Source of the DNA: Octopus vulgaris
Lineage: Eukaryota
Direction: 5' to 3'
DNA length: 64,000 nucleotides
Assembly: GCA_951406725.2 (NCBI GenBank)
Contig: OX597828.1
Coordinates: 40,052,001-40,116,000 of the forward strand
The position numbers were made by a program, and so were the translations under genes. Within the stretch, counting starts at the first letter, position 1; every line of letters starts with the position of its first letter. The notes beneath the pieces are model-generated. The model saw only the letters and a program-made list of their open reading frames with translations. It had not been told where the DNA came from and did not search any database. Shown piece after piece: positions 24,985 through 37,127 of this stretch.

Positions 24985-25432
24985 AAGGTGACGATCTAGG
25001 AGAATTGTTAGCATCCCAGGCAAAATGCTAATCAGCATTTCATTTGTCTTTACATTCTGAGTCCAAATTATGCCAAGGTAGACTTTGTCTTTCATCCTTC
25101 CAGGGTTGATAAAATAAGAACCAATTGAACATTGGGGTTGATGTAATTGACTTAACTCCTACCCCAAAATTGCTGGCCTTGCACCAAAATTTGAGACCAT
25201 AACTATAGCAGACTTTAAGGCAACAAGCAGGTAGAATTGTTAGAATGCAGGGCAAAATGTTTAGCAGCATTTTGTCAATCTGTATGTTCTGAGTTCAAAT
25301 TCTGCCATGGTTGACTTTGCCTTTCATCCTTTCAAGGTTGATGAAACAAGTACCATTTAAGCACTGGTGTTGATGCAATCAACAAGATTCCCACCACCAC
25401 AAATTTCAGCCCTTGTACCTAGAGTAGAAAGG
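24985..25432 (+). mobile_element. Two head-to-tail family B SINEs
   Basis: 24985-25198 and 25215-25432, with different tail variants. Confidence 0.8.
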
Positions 25433-25785
25433 ATTATTATAGCAGATTCTGTTATTGTTGTAGTTTAGCCTCCCTAATCTCCTGAGCACCTCCTAGTCAA
25501 ATAGACCTTTGTTCAAAAGTATTCTGACTGTAACCAACACATTTATCTAGAACTACATTAACAAGTATATCCTTTCTATTTTAAGATGATAGAGTGTAAA
25601 GGAGGGAGGGAATTTGACTGCTATTTCAAGCAGGTCAAATGACTAACCATACAGAGACTTCCTCATTGGTTAGAGAAAACACTGAAAAGCTATATAACTT
25701 TACAGATTTCAAAAAAACAGGTAATCACAATGTAAGCTGCTACTGCTGTGAAGGTACAAGATAGATAAGAAGAGTATACTGAGAG

Positions 25786-25818
<33 letters not shown>

Positions 25819-26984
25819 GAGAGAGAAGTCGTGAGAGAAGGGGGCACTGGTAACATCTGTTTGGAGCTTGATAGAAGGTGCCAAATCTTTAGACAACTAT
25901 CTTGGTGCTGATAGAAAGTTAAAACATTTGTCCAGTTCCATGGGTGGAGTTGATAAAGAAAACAAAACTGAACATATGGCAGGGTCTACCTTATCAATCT
26001 GACCTGATAGCATTTATTTTCTTTAATCTTCCATTCACTATAAATCAAAATAAAGCAGCACTGTTTATATAGATGTAGTGGTTTCACTGCAATATTGGGA
26101 GGATACTAAAATACGAAGCATCCTTGTTATATACACCAAAATCCATTATCTTAGTTCAAAGAATAAAACTCATCTCGGATGGATCCCAAAATATATCATG
26201 CCAATCATTTTCAAGATAAAAATTATCAAATTTTATTTTTATCTAAGAAACCATAGACTTAGGCTACTAAGGAGAAAAGTTTATCTTAGCCAGGAAGTTT
26301 AGTGAGGGAAATTTTCTCCACTCCCATTGTCTTAAAAAGCGAAAGAAAGACGGGGGGGGGGAGGGAATAATGTAATCCTAGATAAGAGGAGGCTCATGGT
26401 CTAGTGGTTAGGGTGTTGTATTTGTAACTGCATGATCATGGGTTTCAGTTCCTGGACCAGGCAGTATGTTGTGCTCTTGAGCAAAATACTAATTTCATAT
26501 TGCTCTAGTCTACTCGGCTGTAAACGAGTTCCCAAAATAGCCGGGAAGTTAACCCTGTGATGGAATGGAATGACATCCTGGAGGGGCTGGTTGTCTTCTC
26601 AGTCACTTATATTACACAGAGGCAACTAGGTTAAATTCCAGCTTACATGTGTGTGTAGGTGTTCGTGTCATCACGTTGATAGTTATAAACAAATGTTATT
26701 ACCATTCAAGTAGTGTTCCTTGTTTTCAGTCTTCCATGGAAACATGTCCAGCAATGGGGAAATATTACTTTGCTTGGGACAGGTGTGGTTTTATTGAGTA
26801 TAGTAAAGCCACAAAAGAAAAAGATGCCAACAGAGAGCAGAGTATGGCCTGTTGACCACAATATCCACAAATGATATACATTCTCTTGTCTTCATAGATG
26901 AAACTACAGTAACCACAGTGAACTAACTAATGTGGCATGGAAGTAAAGATAGTGACATTTTACAAAGTGGAAGTAGTCCAATGC

Positions 26985-27400
26985 TAGGTAATGACTGAAA
27001 GAGTACAATTGTGAATACAAGCAGCTTATATGGGCTTTCTCCAAAGGATTTCTGAAGTAACATTACTCGACAGGCTGCACGGCTCAGAGATCAGGAAGTC
27101 TATCTATGTTGAGCTGCTACTTCTCTGCATTGAAAGGTCACAGCTCTGGTATTGCGGACATGTGATTAGAATGTTGCAGGCAAGAACTGCAAGAAGGATT
27201 CTTCAAGCTGAGCCAACAGAGAGGAAACATGTTGGGTAGACCAAGAATGAGATGGTTGGATAATATCCATAGTCTCAGTTGGTCACACTTGGGAATCCAC
27301 CTGGAAAGTCAAATGATGGGTGCTTCTGATAGAATTCTTTGGAGGAGGTGCCTGAAGGACTCAACCCCTATGACTCTCCTAGGAATAGGAGCTGGAGACG
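26985..27400 (+). mobile_element. RTE-type LINE 3' fragment (second family)
   Basis: ORF MGFLQRISEVTLLDR..EIRKS..IERSQLWYCGHVIRM..RRILQAEP resembles the RTE C-terminal LRWFGHVxRM region. Confidence 0.8.
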
Positions 27401-28342
27401 AATGAGTGGATGAAAGTAGTTGTTGTTCTTCTCAGCTTTGCACACTGAGAGATGCAAAATAAACTCTTTTGCCTGTGCCCTGACTGACCTGGGCAGGATT
27501 TGAATTCAGATGACAACAGAACAAAGACCGAATACCATAAGGTATTTTGCCCAACAATTGACTGGATTCAGCCAATCCAATTACCTAGACATATAATCAA
27601 AGAGGAAAGTGGAGCATCCAAATATGAAGTATAGAAGGATGTATAAACAAAATGTAAACCTTGAAGTATAATTAATGAAATGACAAACACTAAGGCCATA
27701 AAGTAACAGTGTAAAACGGAAGAAATGATATTGGTTTCATTTCAATCAATGCCAAGAGTGGCAAACAGATTTTGATATGATGGTGATGAGGATGATGATG
27801 ATGGTACTGATGATGATGATAGTCTTGGTGCTGGTAGCAATGATGATGATCACCATATGCAATTATATGGAGAAGAACATTTTTGTTGTCAAAATATTTG
27901 CAAATTATTTAAGGCCATCTGCTATATTCAGTTTACACGCACACACACACATACAAACAAAAGAAAGAGGGACTCAATGTTCGAAAGAGAATCAATGCCG
28001 TCTATTGTACAATTAAGACAGTTTAATTAAATGATAAACAAATGAGATAAAATACCTAGTCATTATTTTCTATGTACCACGTTTCTCCCTTTTTAAAGGA
28101 ATGAAGCTTAGTCAATGCAAGCTACATGAAATATTAACTCTGATAATGCTAGAGACAAAAGCAACAGCTTGCCAGCCAAAAACAGAAAACTAGTTTGTTA
28201 AAGGGCTGAAGAAAAAAAAGACAAAATGTATTAAATAAGGGGGTAAATTTTGGTGGTGGAGGAATAGCGCTATTCCACTATCAACAAAACAAATTTAATT
28301 CAAACAATGGTTTTCCAATTCTATCTGCTCAAGTTTTTGACA

Positions 28343-28631
28343 TTTTCTTCTATTATTAGCCAGGAGTAGACATCATCATCATCATCTTCATTTAATGCCT
28401 GTTTTCCATGCTGGCATGGGTTGGACAGTTTGATAGGACCAGATGAGCCACACGGCTGCATTGTGCACAAGATCAGCTTTGGCAGTTTCTACATACAGAT
28501 ACTCTTCCTGATGCCAAGGACTTTACAGTGCGTACTGGGTGCTTTTCGCATGTCTCTGGTACAAGTGGGGTTACCAAGTAACTTGTAAAGACAGACATGT
28601 GATTTTGTGATTTTCACGACACTTCAGAAAC
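28343..28631. repeat. Local duplication, copy 1 (copy 2 at 30964-31250)
   Basis: About 290 bp nearly identical, including non-repeat flank TTTTCTTCTATTATTAGCCAGGAGTAGA. Confidence 0.92.
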
Positions 28632-28714
28632 TGGTGAGTCTGATTTTGAGTTGATGTTCTACTTAAACATCTGTAAGAGAATATCTGCAGGAACAAGGAA
28701 ACACCCCGACCCCT

Positions 28715-29595
28715 TGCTTATGAACCACATGGTTCCAGGTTCAGTCTCATTGTGTGGCACCTTAGTCAAGTGTCTTCTACTATAGCCCCGGACCAACCAA
28801 AGCCTTATGAGTGGATTTAGTAGATGGAAACTGAAAGAAGCCTGTCATCATCATCATCATCATCGTTTAACGTCCGTTTTCCGCGCTAGCACGGGTTGGA
28901 CGGTTTCGACCGGGGTCTGGGGAGCTCGGGACTGCCCCAGGCTCCAGTCTAGTCTGGCAGTGTTTCTACAGCTGGATGCCCTTCCTAACGCCAACCACTC
29001 CGCGAGTGTAGTGGGTGCTTTTTACGTGCCACCTGCACAGGTGCCAGAGGGGTCTGGCATCGGCCACGTTCGGATGGTGCTTTTTATGTGGGGGGGGGGT
29101 GCAGAAATATAGGGGAGCACCAGTGGGGAGGGGTGGTTCAGAGAAATGATGACAGGTTCTAGGCAAGTAGAACGTAGGATATCGAGAGAGGGGTAATGCA
29201 TGGTGAAATAGCGTATTGAAGAGGGGGGTTCGAAGAGTAGACACCTATAATGGTGGTGGGAGAAGCGACATCCGGTATAGATGGAGCAAAATATAGAGAT
29301 ATCCGGTATTGGTGGTGGGGGTGGGAGGGCGGGCGCACCGCGCATTGGGAGATGAGGTTTTAGGCGGCAGAAAGAAGACAGGGTTGAGATGAAATGCTTT
29401 GCGGTGGTGTGAATAAGTTTTTGTGAGTGAAAGTTTTTATGCTTCAGCTAGCATTTGAGACGAAAGACAACGATAACGCTATTAGATGGGGATACAATAA
29501 TAATAAGGCTTGCAAAAACAATGAAAAGAGGAAACAGGTCGGGAACTTAGCTGATGTTTTTTCATCCTGCGGAAGCGAGTGAAGGTGAGATATAT

Positions 29596-29667
<72 letters not shown>

Positions 29668-29870
29668 TGAAAACAGAGGGAGAACCGACACCACATAGCG
29701 AGAGAGAGAATTGGGAGATGAGGTTTTAGGCGGCAGAAAGAAGACAGGGTTGAGATGAAATGCTTTGCGGTGGTGTGAATAAGTTTTTGTGAGTGAAAGT
29801 TTTTATGCTTCAGCTAGCATTTGAGACGAAAGACAATGATAACGCTATTAGATGGGGATACAATAATAAT

Positions 29871-29901
<31 letters not shown>

Positions 29902-30118
29902 GTGTGTGTGTAAGTGTGTGTCTGTGTTTGTCCCCACTAACATCGCTTGACAACTGATGCTGGTGTGTTTACGTCCCCGTAACTTAGCAGTTCGGCAAAA
30001 GAAAGACCAATAGAATAAGTACTGGGCTTACAAAGAATAAGTCCTGGGGTCGATTTGTTCGACTAAAGGCAGTGCTCCAGCATGGCCACAGTCAAATGAC
30101 TGAAACAAGTAAAAGAGT
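28715..30118 (+). mobile_element. SINE family A split by nested insertions
   Basis: Head 28715-28845, family C copy 28846-29090 (minus), unclassified insert 29091-29872, tail 29873-30118. Confidence 0.8.
29344..29872. repeat. 163-bp direct repeat pair (29344-29506 and 29710-29872)
   Basis: ATTGGGAGATGAGG..GGGGATACAATAATAATAA, one mismatch seen; spacer contains (GA)n. Confidence 0.92.
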
Positions 30119-30963
30119 ATGGCTAACCTGTAAGTGTTATATACGTAGTTCAAATTCTGATAGAAGATCGGTTTCTGTTTATCACATCTGCATGTATGGC
30201 TATATGGTTAAAACACAGGTCTCGCAACCACATTATTCCAGGTTCAATTCCACTACCACTTGGAACCTTCAGGATATTTCTTGCACCATAGCTTCAGCTT
30301 AACCAATGTGTTATGATAGAAATTTGGTAGACAGAAACTGTATGGAAGCCCATCGTGCATGCGTGTGTGAGTATCCGAGTTGGTATCTTTGGTTACTGGC
30401 GACAATTCCTTGTGGTATTTACTGTATGAAGAGGAGGTAACTTCCTGAATGAATATGGTTGTAATTTAGCAAGTGAACTCAGCCATTTGATAAACAGAAA
30501 TTCATAAAATAAGCACAAGACTAACCTACTTTAATTGCTATAATTGTGAAAACCCATTAACTCTTTAGAATTTAGAGTGGTTGCATCAGGCCCAAACATT
30601 CCCCTGGCCTTCTGTTCAAACTGGTCAAATCTGGCCTTTCACACCTACCCTTCAATGTTATTCTAAAAATAAACAATCACATTATCAAAATTTTGAAGCT
30701 GCAAGATACTGCATAATTTATTTAAACCAATGTGAATCAACAAACATTACATTTGACAGAGTAAACTGAATACTAAAGGGTTAAAAGCAGTGCTCCAGCA
30801 TGGCCTCAACTTTCTGTATGAAGCCAGTCAAATAATGAAAAAGAATGCATATTTGGTTGGTAAGCCCAGGGTTATTAAAACAACCTCAGAATATGCCACC
30901 ATCAATATGTAGACTAAATTTGACTAATATATTTGTAACACACTATTTTGAAAAGTATCTTTC

Positions 30964-31250
30964 TTTTCTTCTATTATTAGCCAGGAGTAGACATCATCAT
31001 CATCATCTTCATTTAATGCCTGTTTTCCATGCTGGCATGGGTTGGACAGTTTGATAGGACCAGATGAGCCACACGGCTGCATTGTGCACAAGATCAGCTT
31101 TGGCAGTTTCTACAAATGGATGCTCTTCCTGATGCCAATGACTTTACAGTGCGTACTGGGTGCTTTTCGCATGTCTCTGGTACAAGTGGGGTTACCAAGT
31201 AACTTGTAAAGACAGACGTGATTTTGTGATTTTCATGACACTTCAGAAAC
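30964..31250. repeat. Local duplication, copy 2
   Basis: See 28343-28631. Confidence 0.92.
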
Positions 31251-31373
31251 CACATTTTTGCTTCTTTTATCTTCAAGATACATCATCGACAACCGCATCA
31301 ACAACAAACCAAGTTGGCCAGACAAATTTCCTTTTATAACTTTAAAAAAACAAAAAACAACATAGATTGGAAC

Positions 31374-31464
<91 letters not shown>

Positions 31465-31857
31465 GATAGATGGATATCTGTAGACAAAAGACCTTAGTTT
31501 CATATATATATATATGTATATATATTTTTAAACAATTGCAGCGTGGAAGGTGTTTGTAAGCCATTTAAGAAACACACAAAAACTGTTAGATTCACTTCAA
31601 CATTTAAATTTAATTTGCCAGAATATTTTCACTTTGAGACCGTGACCTGTTCACTGACAAGAAGCCATGATGCTATGCCAGGCTCCAGTCTGATCTGGCA
31701 GTGTTTCTACAGCTGGATGCCCTTCCTAACGCCAACCACATTAGGATATATATATATATAATAACAAAGGGTAAAATTAATTAATTAAGAAGTAATCAAT
31801 AATTTCACCAAGTAGAATTTGGCATGAAAAAAGGACCATTTCACGTAAACTTAAGTA

Positions 31858-32123
31858 ATACTTAATAATTAGGGTTCAGCAAAGATTTGCTTTACCACAT
31901 ACCGAAGTTTAGAAATAGCAGCCAAAAAGCCTTAGCTATTTCTTCTACTTTAAAAAGAGACTCCCAGAGAAACCAAAATACTTGCCTGTGTGAATTGTTT
32001 TCAAGTATTTTGGTTTCCCTGGGAGTCCCTTTTAAAGTAGAAGAAATAGCTAAGGCTTTTTGGCTGCTATTTCTAAACTTCGGTATGTGGTAAAGCAAAT
32101 CTTTGCTGAACCCTAATTATTAA

Positions 32124-32127
<4 letters not shown>
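31858..32127. repeat. 270-bp near-perfect inverted repeat
   Basis: Arms 31858-31984 and 32002-32127, 17-nt loop; mirror ORFs 31887+ and 31892- share both ends. Confidence 0.95.
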
Positions 32128-32183
<56 letters not shown>

Positions 32184-32593
32184 GTTTATATATTTCTATG
32201 AATGTTTGCTGTGTATATAAGTGTGCCTTTTTAATATTAAAAAGTTTGTGTTACAATTACTATCTAACTGATTTTAACAACCTAATTAGCAACAAAAGAG
32301 ATAGATCAAGTGAGAGAAGGAACAGCGCTCATGACTTTTGCTGGCCTTCCCACACTGGTAAGATTGATGTAGATTTTGTTAATTTCAAACAGTAGTACGT
32401 TGATATCTGACAGAAAAATGTGGAAGGGACGAAATTCCAGAGGCTGCAGTTCTGAGCAGAATCCATTTGGAGAAGTGTTTAATGTAGGTTAGTAACGCAA
32501 AGAAAAGAAACAGATGTATTGGGTAGAGGCCAACATAATAGCTATAAAAGAGATAAAGAGAAGAAACAGTATATATGTGAGCTAAAAGGTATG

Positions 32594-33214
32594 CAGTGTT
32601 CCCTCACCATATCGCGGTTCACCTATCGCCGCTTATTACTTAAGTTTACGTTGATTCTTCTGTGGTGTTGTTTTGCATTTATAATAAAATAAATATATAC
32701 AAATTATAAAAATTAAAAAAATAAACAGTATAGGCGCAGGAGTGGCTGTGTGGTAAGTAACTTGCTTACCAACAAACGTAGTTCCAGGTTCAGTCCCACT
32801 GCGTGGCACCTTGGGCAAGTGTCTTCTACTCTAGCCTCGGGTCAACCAAAGCCGTGTGAGTGGATTTGGTAGACGGAAACTGAAAGAAGCCTGTCGTATA
32901 TGTGTGTGTGTGCGTGCGTATGTGCGTGTATGTTTGTCCCCCCCAACATCACTTGACAACTGATTCTGGTGTGTTTACGTCCCAGTCACTTAGTGGTTCG
33001 GCAAGAGGAACCAATAGAATATGTACTAGACTTACAAAGAATAAATCCTGGGGTCGATTTGCTCGACTAAAAGGTAGTGCTCCAGCATGGCCACAGTCAA
33101 ATGACTGAAACAAATAAACGAATAAAAGTACAGTACTGTTTCTACTTCATGGATTTTCACCTATCATGAAGGGCAGGGTTGGAATGTAACACCCCTGATA
33201 GTTGAGGATTACTG
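32594..33214. mobile_element. Tigger/pogo-like MITE interrupted by SINE family A (32730-33128)
   Basis: Degenerate TIRs CAGTGTTCCCTCACCATATCGCGG / CCCCTGATAGTTGAGGATTACTG; ACAGTA on both sides of the SINE. Confidence 0.6.
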
Positions 33215-33335
33215 CATCTATGAGCAAACAGTTGTAGTGTGGTGGTGAGTAAACCTTTACTAATTAACTTGAATGGTCCCCTTTTAAATGTGGACAAGGC
33301 TATTTGTGTATGTTTGAGTAGTAATGCTATCCTAT

Positions 33336-33660
33336 GTGAAGGTGCATGGCTCAGTGGTTAGAGAGTCGGGTTCAAAGTCACAAGGTAGTGAGTTCAATTT
33401 CCCAGACCGAGCTGTGTTGTGTTCTTGAGCAAGACACTTTATTTCACTCAGCTGTAGAAATGAGTTCCGATATGACTGGTGCCAAGCTGTATCGGAATTT
33501 GTGTTTCCCTTGGATAACATCAATGATGTGGAGAGGAGAAATTGGTATGCATGGGTGACTGCTGGTCATCCATAAACAAGCTTGCCTGGGTTTGTGGCTC
33601 GGAGGGGAACTTTCTAGGTGCAATCCCAGTCATTCATGACTAAAGGGGATCTTTACCCTT
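33336..33660 (+). mobile_element. SINE family D
   Basis: Matches consensus. Confidence 0.85.
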
Positions 33661-34796
33661 TTACTATTCCATAGATATGAAAGCATGGCATTGTGCATCT
33701 TACATATAAATGTATCTTAAAATGAGCATCACTTGTCAGTATCCTGTAATGTGTAACTTACATGTGAGGGTACTTCTATGTGCATTATACTTATGGCTGT
33801 ATTCCATCATGAGACTTACTTGTCAGTAAACCAAATGTGAATATTATATGTGTACTCCAATACAGGTCTCATGATAAGGGGTAGAGTTAATCACAGCAAG
33901 GTTCGAATGGAAGGGTGGTCCTTATGACCTTTGCAGTCCCTCCCAAATGAATGTGATTGACTGTCAGTTTAACTCTTTAGCGTTCAGATTACTTTGTCAA
34001 ACGTACTGCTAATTCATTCACATTTTAAAAAATTAATCTTGTAGCTTCAAGATTTCAAAGATGTGATTGTCTCAGAAGCCACTGCTGACTAGTTTGAACA
34101 TAAAACAGGTAGAATATTTGGGCTGGATATGGCCGGTGCAAAACAGAGCAAGAAAAATGTGGCCAGAGGGGAAATTCTAGTGCTTAGTAATTTGAGGAGG
34201 AAAGATTGAGCAGCCAAAGCAATAAGACACAGTAGGAGTGATGGTGGTGAAAAGTGGCCTTAACTGGATGGGGTACACAGCCTGCTAGTTTGAAGGAGCA
34301 GGAGCTATTTTAGTAGTAACAGAAATAGCAAAGAGGAGAAACAGCATGCCTCTGACCAAGAAATTATGTATTAGTGGTTAAATCAGTCAGTCACTTGTAT
34401 GACCTTCTTTCATATATGGTCCACTACATGGGTTGCCTACCACTGGCAAGCAGATCATTTGGTACCAGGCTGCACAGAAAGAATATATTTTGAAATCTTA
34501 TTTCTACTTTATTGACTATTGCAGTAATAACTCAGTTACTACTTCAGGCTTTGTGCTTCTTTTATGTTCCTTAAATGTACAAGGCACAGAAAACTCAGAG
34601 GAGCAACTTTGTGAGGCTCTTGAAGGAATGAAAAAATTCTATCACATGAATTGAATATTCCACTCCATCCTTTGGGCTTTATGCATCCAAATGCATACAC
34701 ATCTAACTCTTGTTCAGTGGATTTTATTAATTCTTTGTTACTACAGACTATCGCGAATCATTGTCAACTTGCAGTGTTCTACTTCAGAAAGTTAAT

Positions 34797-35020
34797 ATTC
34801 TTTTCTACTCTAGGCACAAGGCCTGAAATTCTGGCGGGGAGGGGGGGTGTTCAGTCGGTTAGATTGGCCCCAGTGTTCAACTGGTACTTAATTCATCGAC
34901 CCCGAAAGGATGAAAGGTAAAGTCGACCTCAACAGAATTTGAACTCAGAACATAAAGACAGAAGAAATACTTCTAAGCATTTTCGCCCAGCGTGCTAACG
35001 TTTTTGCCAGCTGGCCACCT
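34797..35020 (-). mobile_element. SINE family B
   Basis: Matches consensus, CpGs retained. Confidence 0.85.
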
Positions 35021-35142
35021 TTCGGAAAGTTAATATTAACTAAACACTGCATTCTTATAAAATATTCAATTTCAGGAACCCTAAATTTATGTAAGTGCAT
35101 ACATATGCCACTCTCTCTTTCTCTCGCTCTACATGATATACT

Positions 35143-35556
35143 CTCTCTTTTTACTCTTTTACTTGTTTCAGTCATTTGACTGCGGCCATGCTGGAGCACC
35201 GCCTTTAATCGAACAACTTGACCCCGGAACTTATTCTTTGTAAGCCCAGTACTTATTCTATCGGTCTCTTTTGCCGAACCGCTAAGTGACGGGGACATAA
35301 ACACACCAGCATCGGTTGTCAAGCAATGCTAGGGAGACAAACACAGACACACAAACATACACGCACACATATATATATCTATACATATATACGACGGGCT
35401 CCTTTCAGTTTCCGCCTACCAAATCCACTCACAAGGCTTTGGTTGGCCCAAGGCTATAGTAGAAGACACTTGCCCAAGGTGCTACACAGTGGGACTGAAC
35501 CCGAAACCATGTGGTTGGTAAACAAGCTACCTACCACACAGCCACTCCTGTGCCTA
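35143..35556 (-). mobile_element. Full-length SINE family A
   Basis: Matches consensus. Confidence 0.9.
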
Positions 35557-35951
35557 TAATGCAAAAAAAAAAAGTTAACATGAAAAATAGTTCCTCAAAG
35601 TGGAATTTTTTGCCTCTCATCTTGCTTCTCCTCTCACCAGTGAATTTGAAAAAAATTTTATTTACTAATACAAACATCAATCAGCAACTGAATTATCAAC
35701 ATTCAGTTCCAGTTTTTCTTTTTCCTCTAAATGAATGGCTAGTGAAGGGAGTCATGAGGGAGAGTGAGAACAATTGTTGCTAGTAAGTTTGCAGAACAGA
35801 ACCTCATTAATAAGCAAGCAGCGGAGAGAAGGACTTTCCAGGAAGACCGAAAGGGAATGATTTAGCCACTCAATGGCAACTTGTTAATTTTGATTAGCTA
35901 CAACATTGAAGAATTCAAGAAGATTCCTTCATGCCTTGTTATTTCAAAGAA

Positions 35952-36181
35952 TTAACCCTCTTGATGCCAACCCACCTGAGACTACCCTTGGTCCAATGAT
36001 ACAAACTTCATGTTTTGAAGTGATTTAAATTAAAATCTTCCATCAAAACTTCTTGTTAATTTATGTTCCAAACACCAGATTCATAATGGCAATGTTATTT
36101 CATTAAATTCTCCATTATTTTCAAAATTAAGTGAAACAAAGGCAGCACAATTCAATTGAAATTTGGTAACAAAAGGGTTAA
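35952..36181. mobile_element. TTAA-flanked MITE, second piggyBac-type family
   Basis: TTAACCCTCTTGATGCCAA .. TTGGTAACAAAAGGGTTAA. Confidence 0.7.
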
Positions 36182-36696
36182 GAGAGAAAAAGAACAAACT
36201 CTGTAATAAATTCAATACACTGTTGCAGACCTGTCAAACCTGTGAGGTTTAGGAATAAAGATGACAGAGGTGGGTGGTGGTGGAGGTGGTGGTGGTATTA
36301 AGGATAACAAGAGTACTAGTTGTAGTTCTGATAATGATTATGAAGAAAGTAGTGACAGTTATGATGATGGTAAAGGTGGTGCTGAGAATGATGGTGATCA
36401 TAATCATTGGGAATGATACTAATTAAGTATGATAATAATAGTAGTGGTGGTGGTGGTTTTGATGATAATGCTGTTTAGTTTTAAATTAGCATTGATCAAG
36501 CATACTGCATGATGAAGGGTATTCCAGTTATGCCCATTCTGTTTTGATTTTTAAACACTGTGCCCTGGATAACATTATCAAAGACTTTCTTCTTTTTAAG
36601 ACAGTAAGATATGATTGGAAGGAGATTTGGCTGCTATTTCTAGCAGGTTGAGTAACAATGTTTGAGGTTCACTAGTTGACTCAAATAAATATCAAT

Positions 36697-37127
36697 TTAA
36701 CCCCTTAATGGATTATCCCGAGTTTACTCGTGCATTGCAAATGTATCTTTTTAGAAGCAGACGAGTATACTCGGTCAAAATTAACTTTTAATTTTAGCAC
36801 TCAAACGAGTTTATTTGTTTTGTGCCGTTTCATTTTTGAGCAATCACGAATTTACTCGCGCTGTTTAAAAAAAATAAGTGTTTTTTACATTTGATGGATT
36901 TGGTTATCTGGAATGCTTATATTTTGTATAAAGCATCTCTGGAAACTTCAGCTTCTGCTATGAAACCACTGAAATTTAGAATGCAAATAATTATCAAGAT
37001 TATTGAAAAATATAGGCCCTTATTGCCTCCCACGAAACCAGGAAGACCATCATCGATCCCTCCCATGGAAATACCACCAAGTGATAAGAAAAAGAACCCT
37101 ACAAAACAGTGTGCAAAATGCTCATGA
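36697..37127 (+). mobile_element. Internally deleted piggyBac transposon remnant
   Basis: TTAA-CCCC left end with subterminal CGAGTTTACTCG-like repeats; ORF ..LMDLVIWNAYILYK..LKFRMQII..PPSDKKKNPTKQCAKC resembles the piggyBac transposase C-terminus and start of the Cys-rich domain. Confidence 0.8.

Noticed and set aside
31515-31670. Possible fifth hammerhead-like segment next to (TA)n
   Set aside because: The minus strand has a short stem and GAAA but no CUGAnGA core
31887-32098. Twin ORFs on opposite strands with identical termini
   Set aside because: A consequence of the inverted repeat, not evidence of genes
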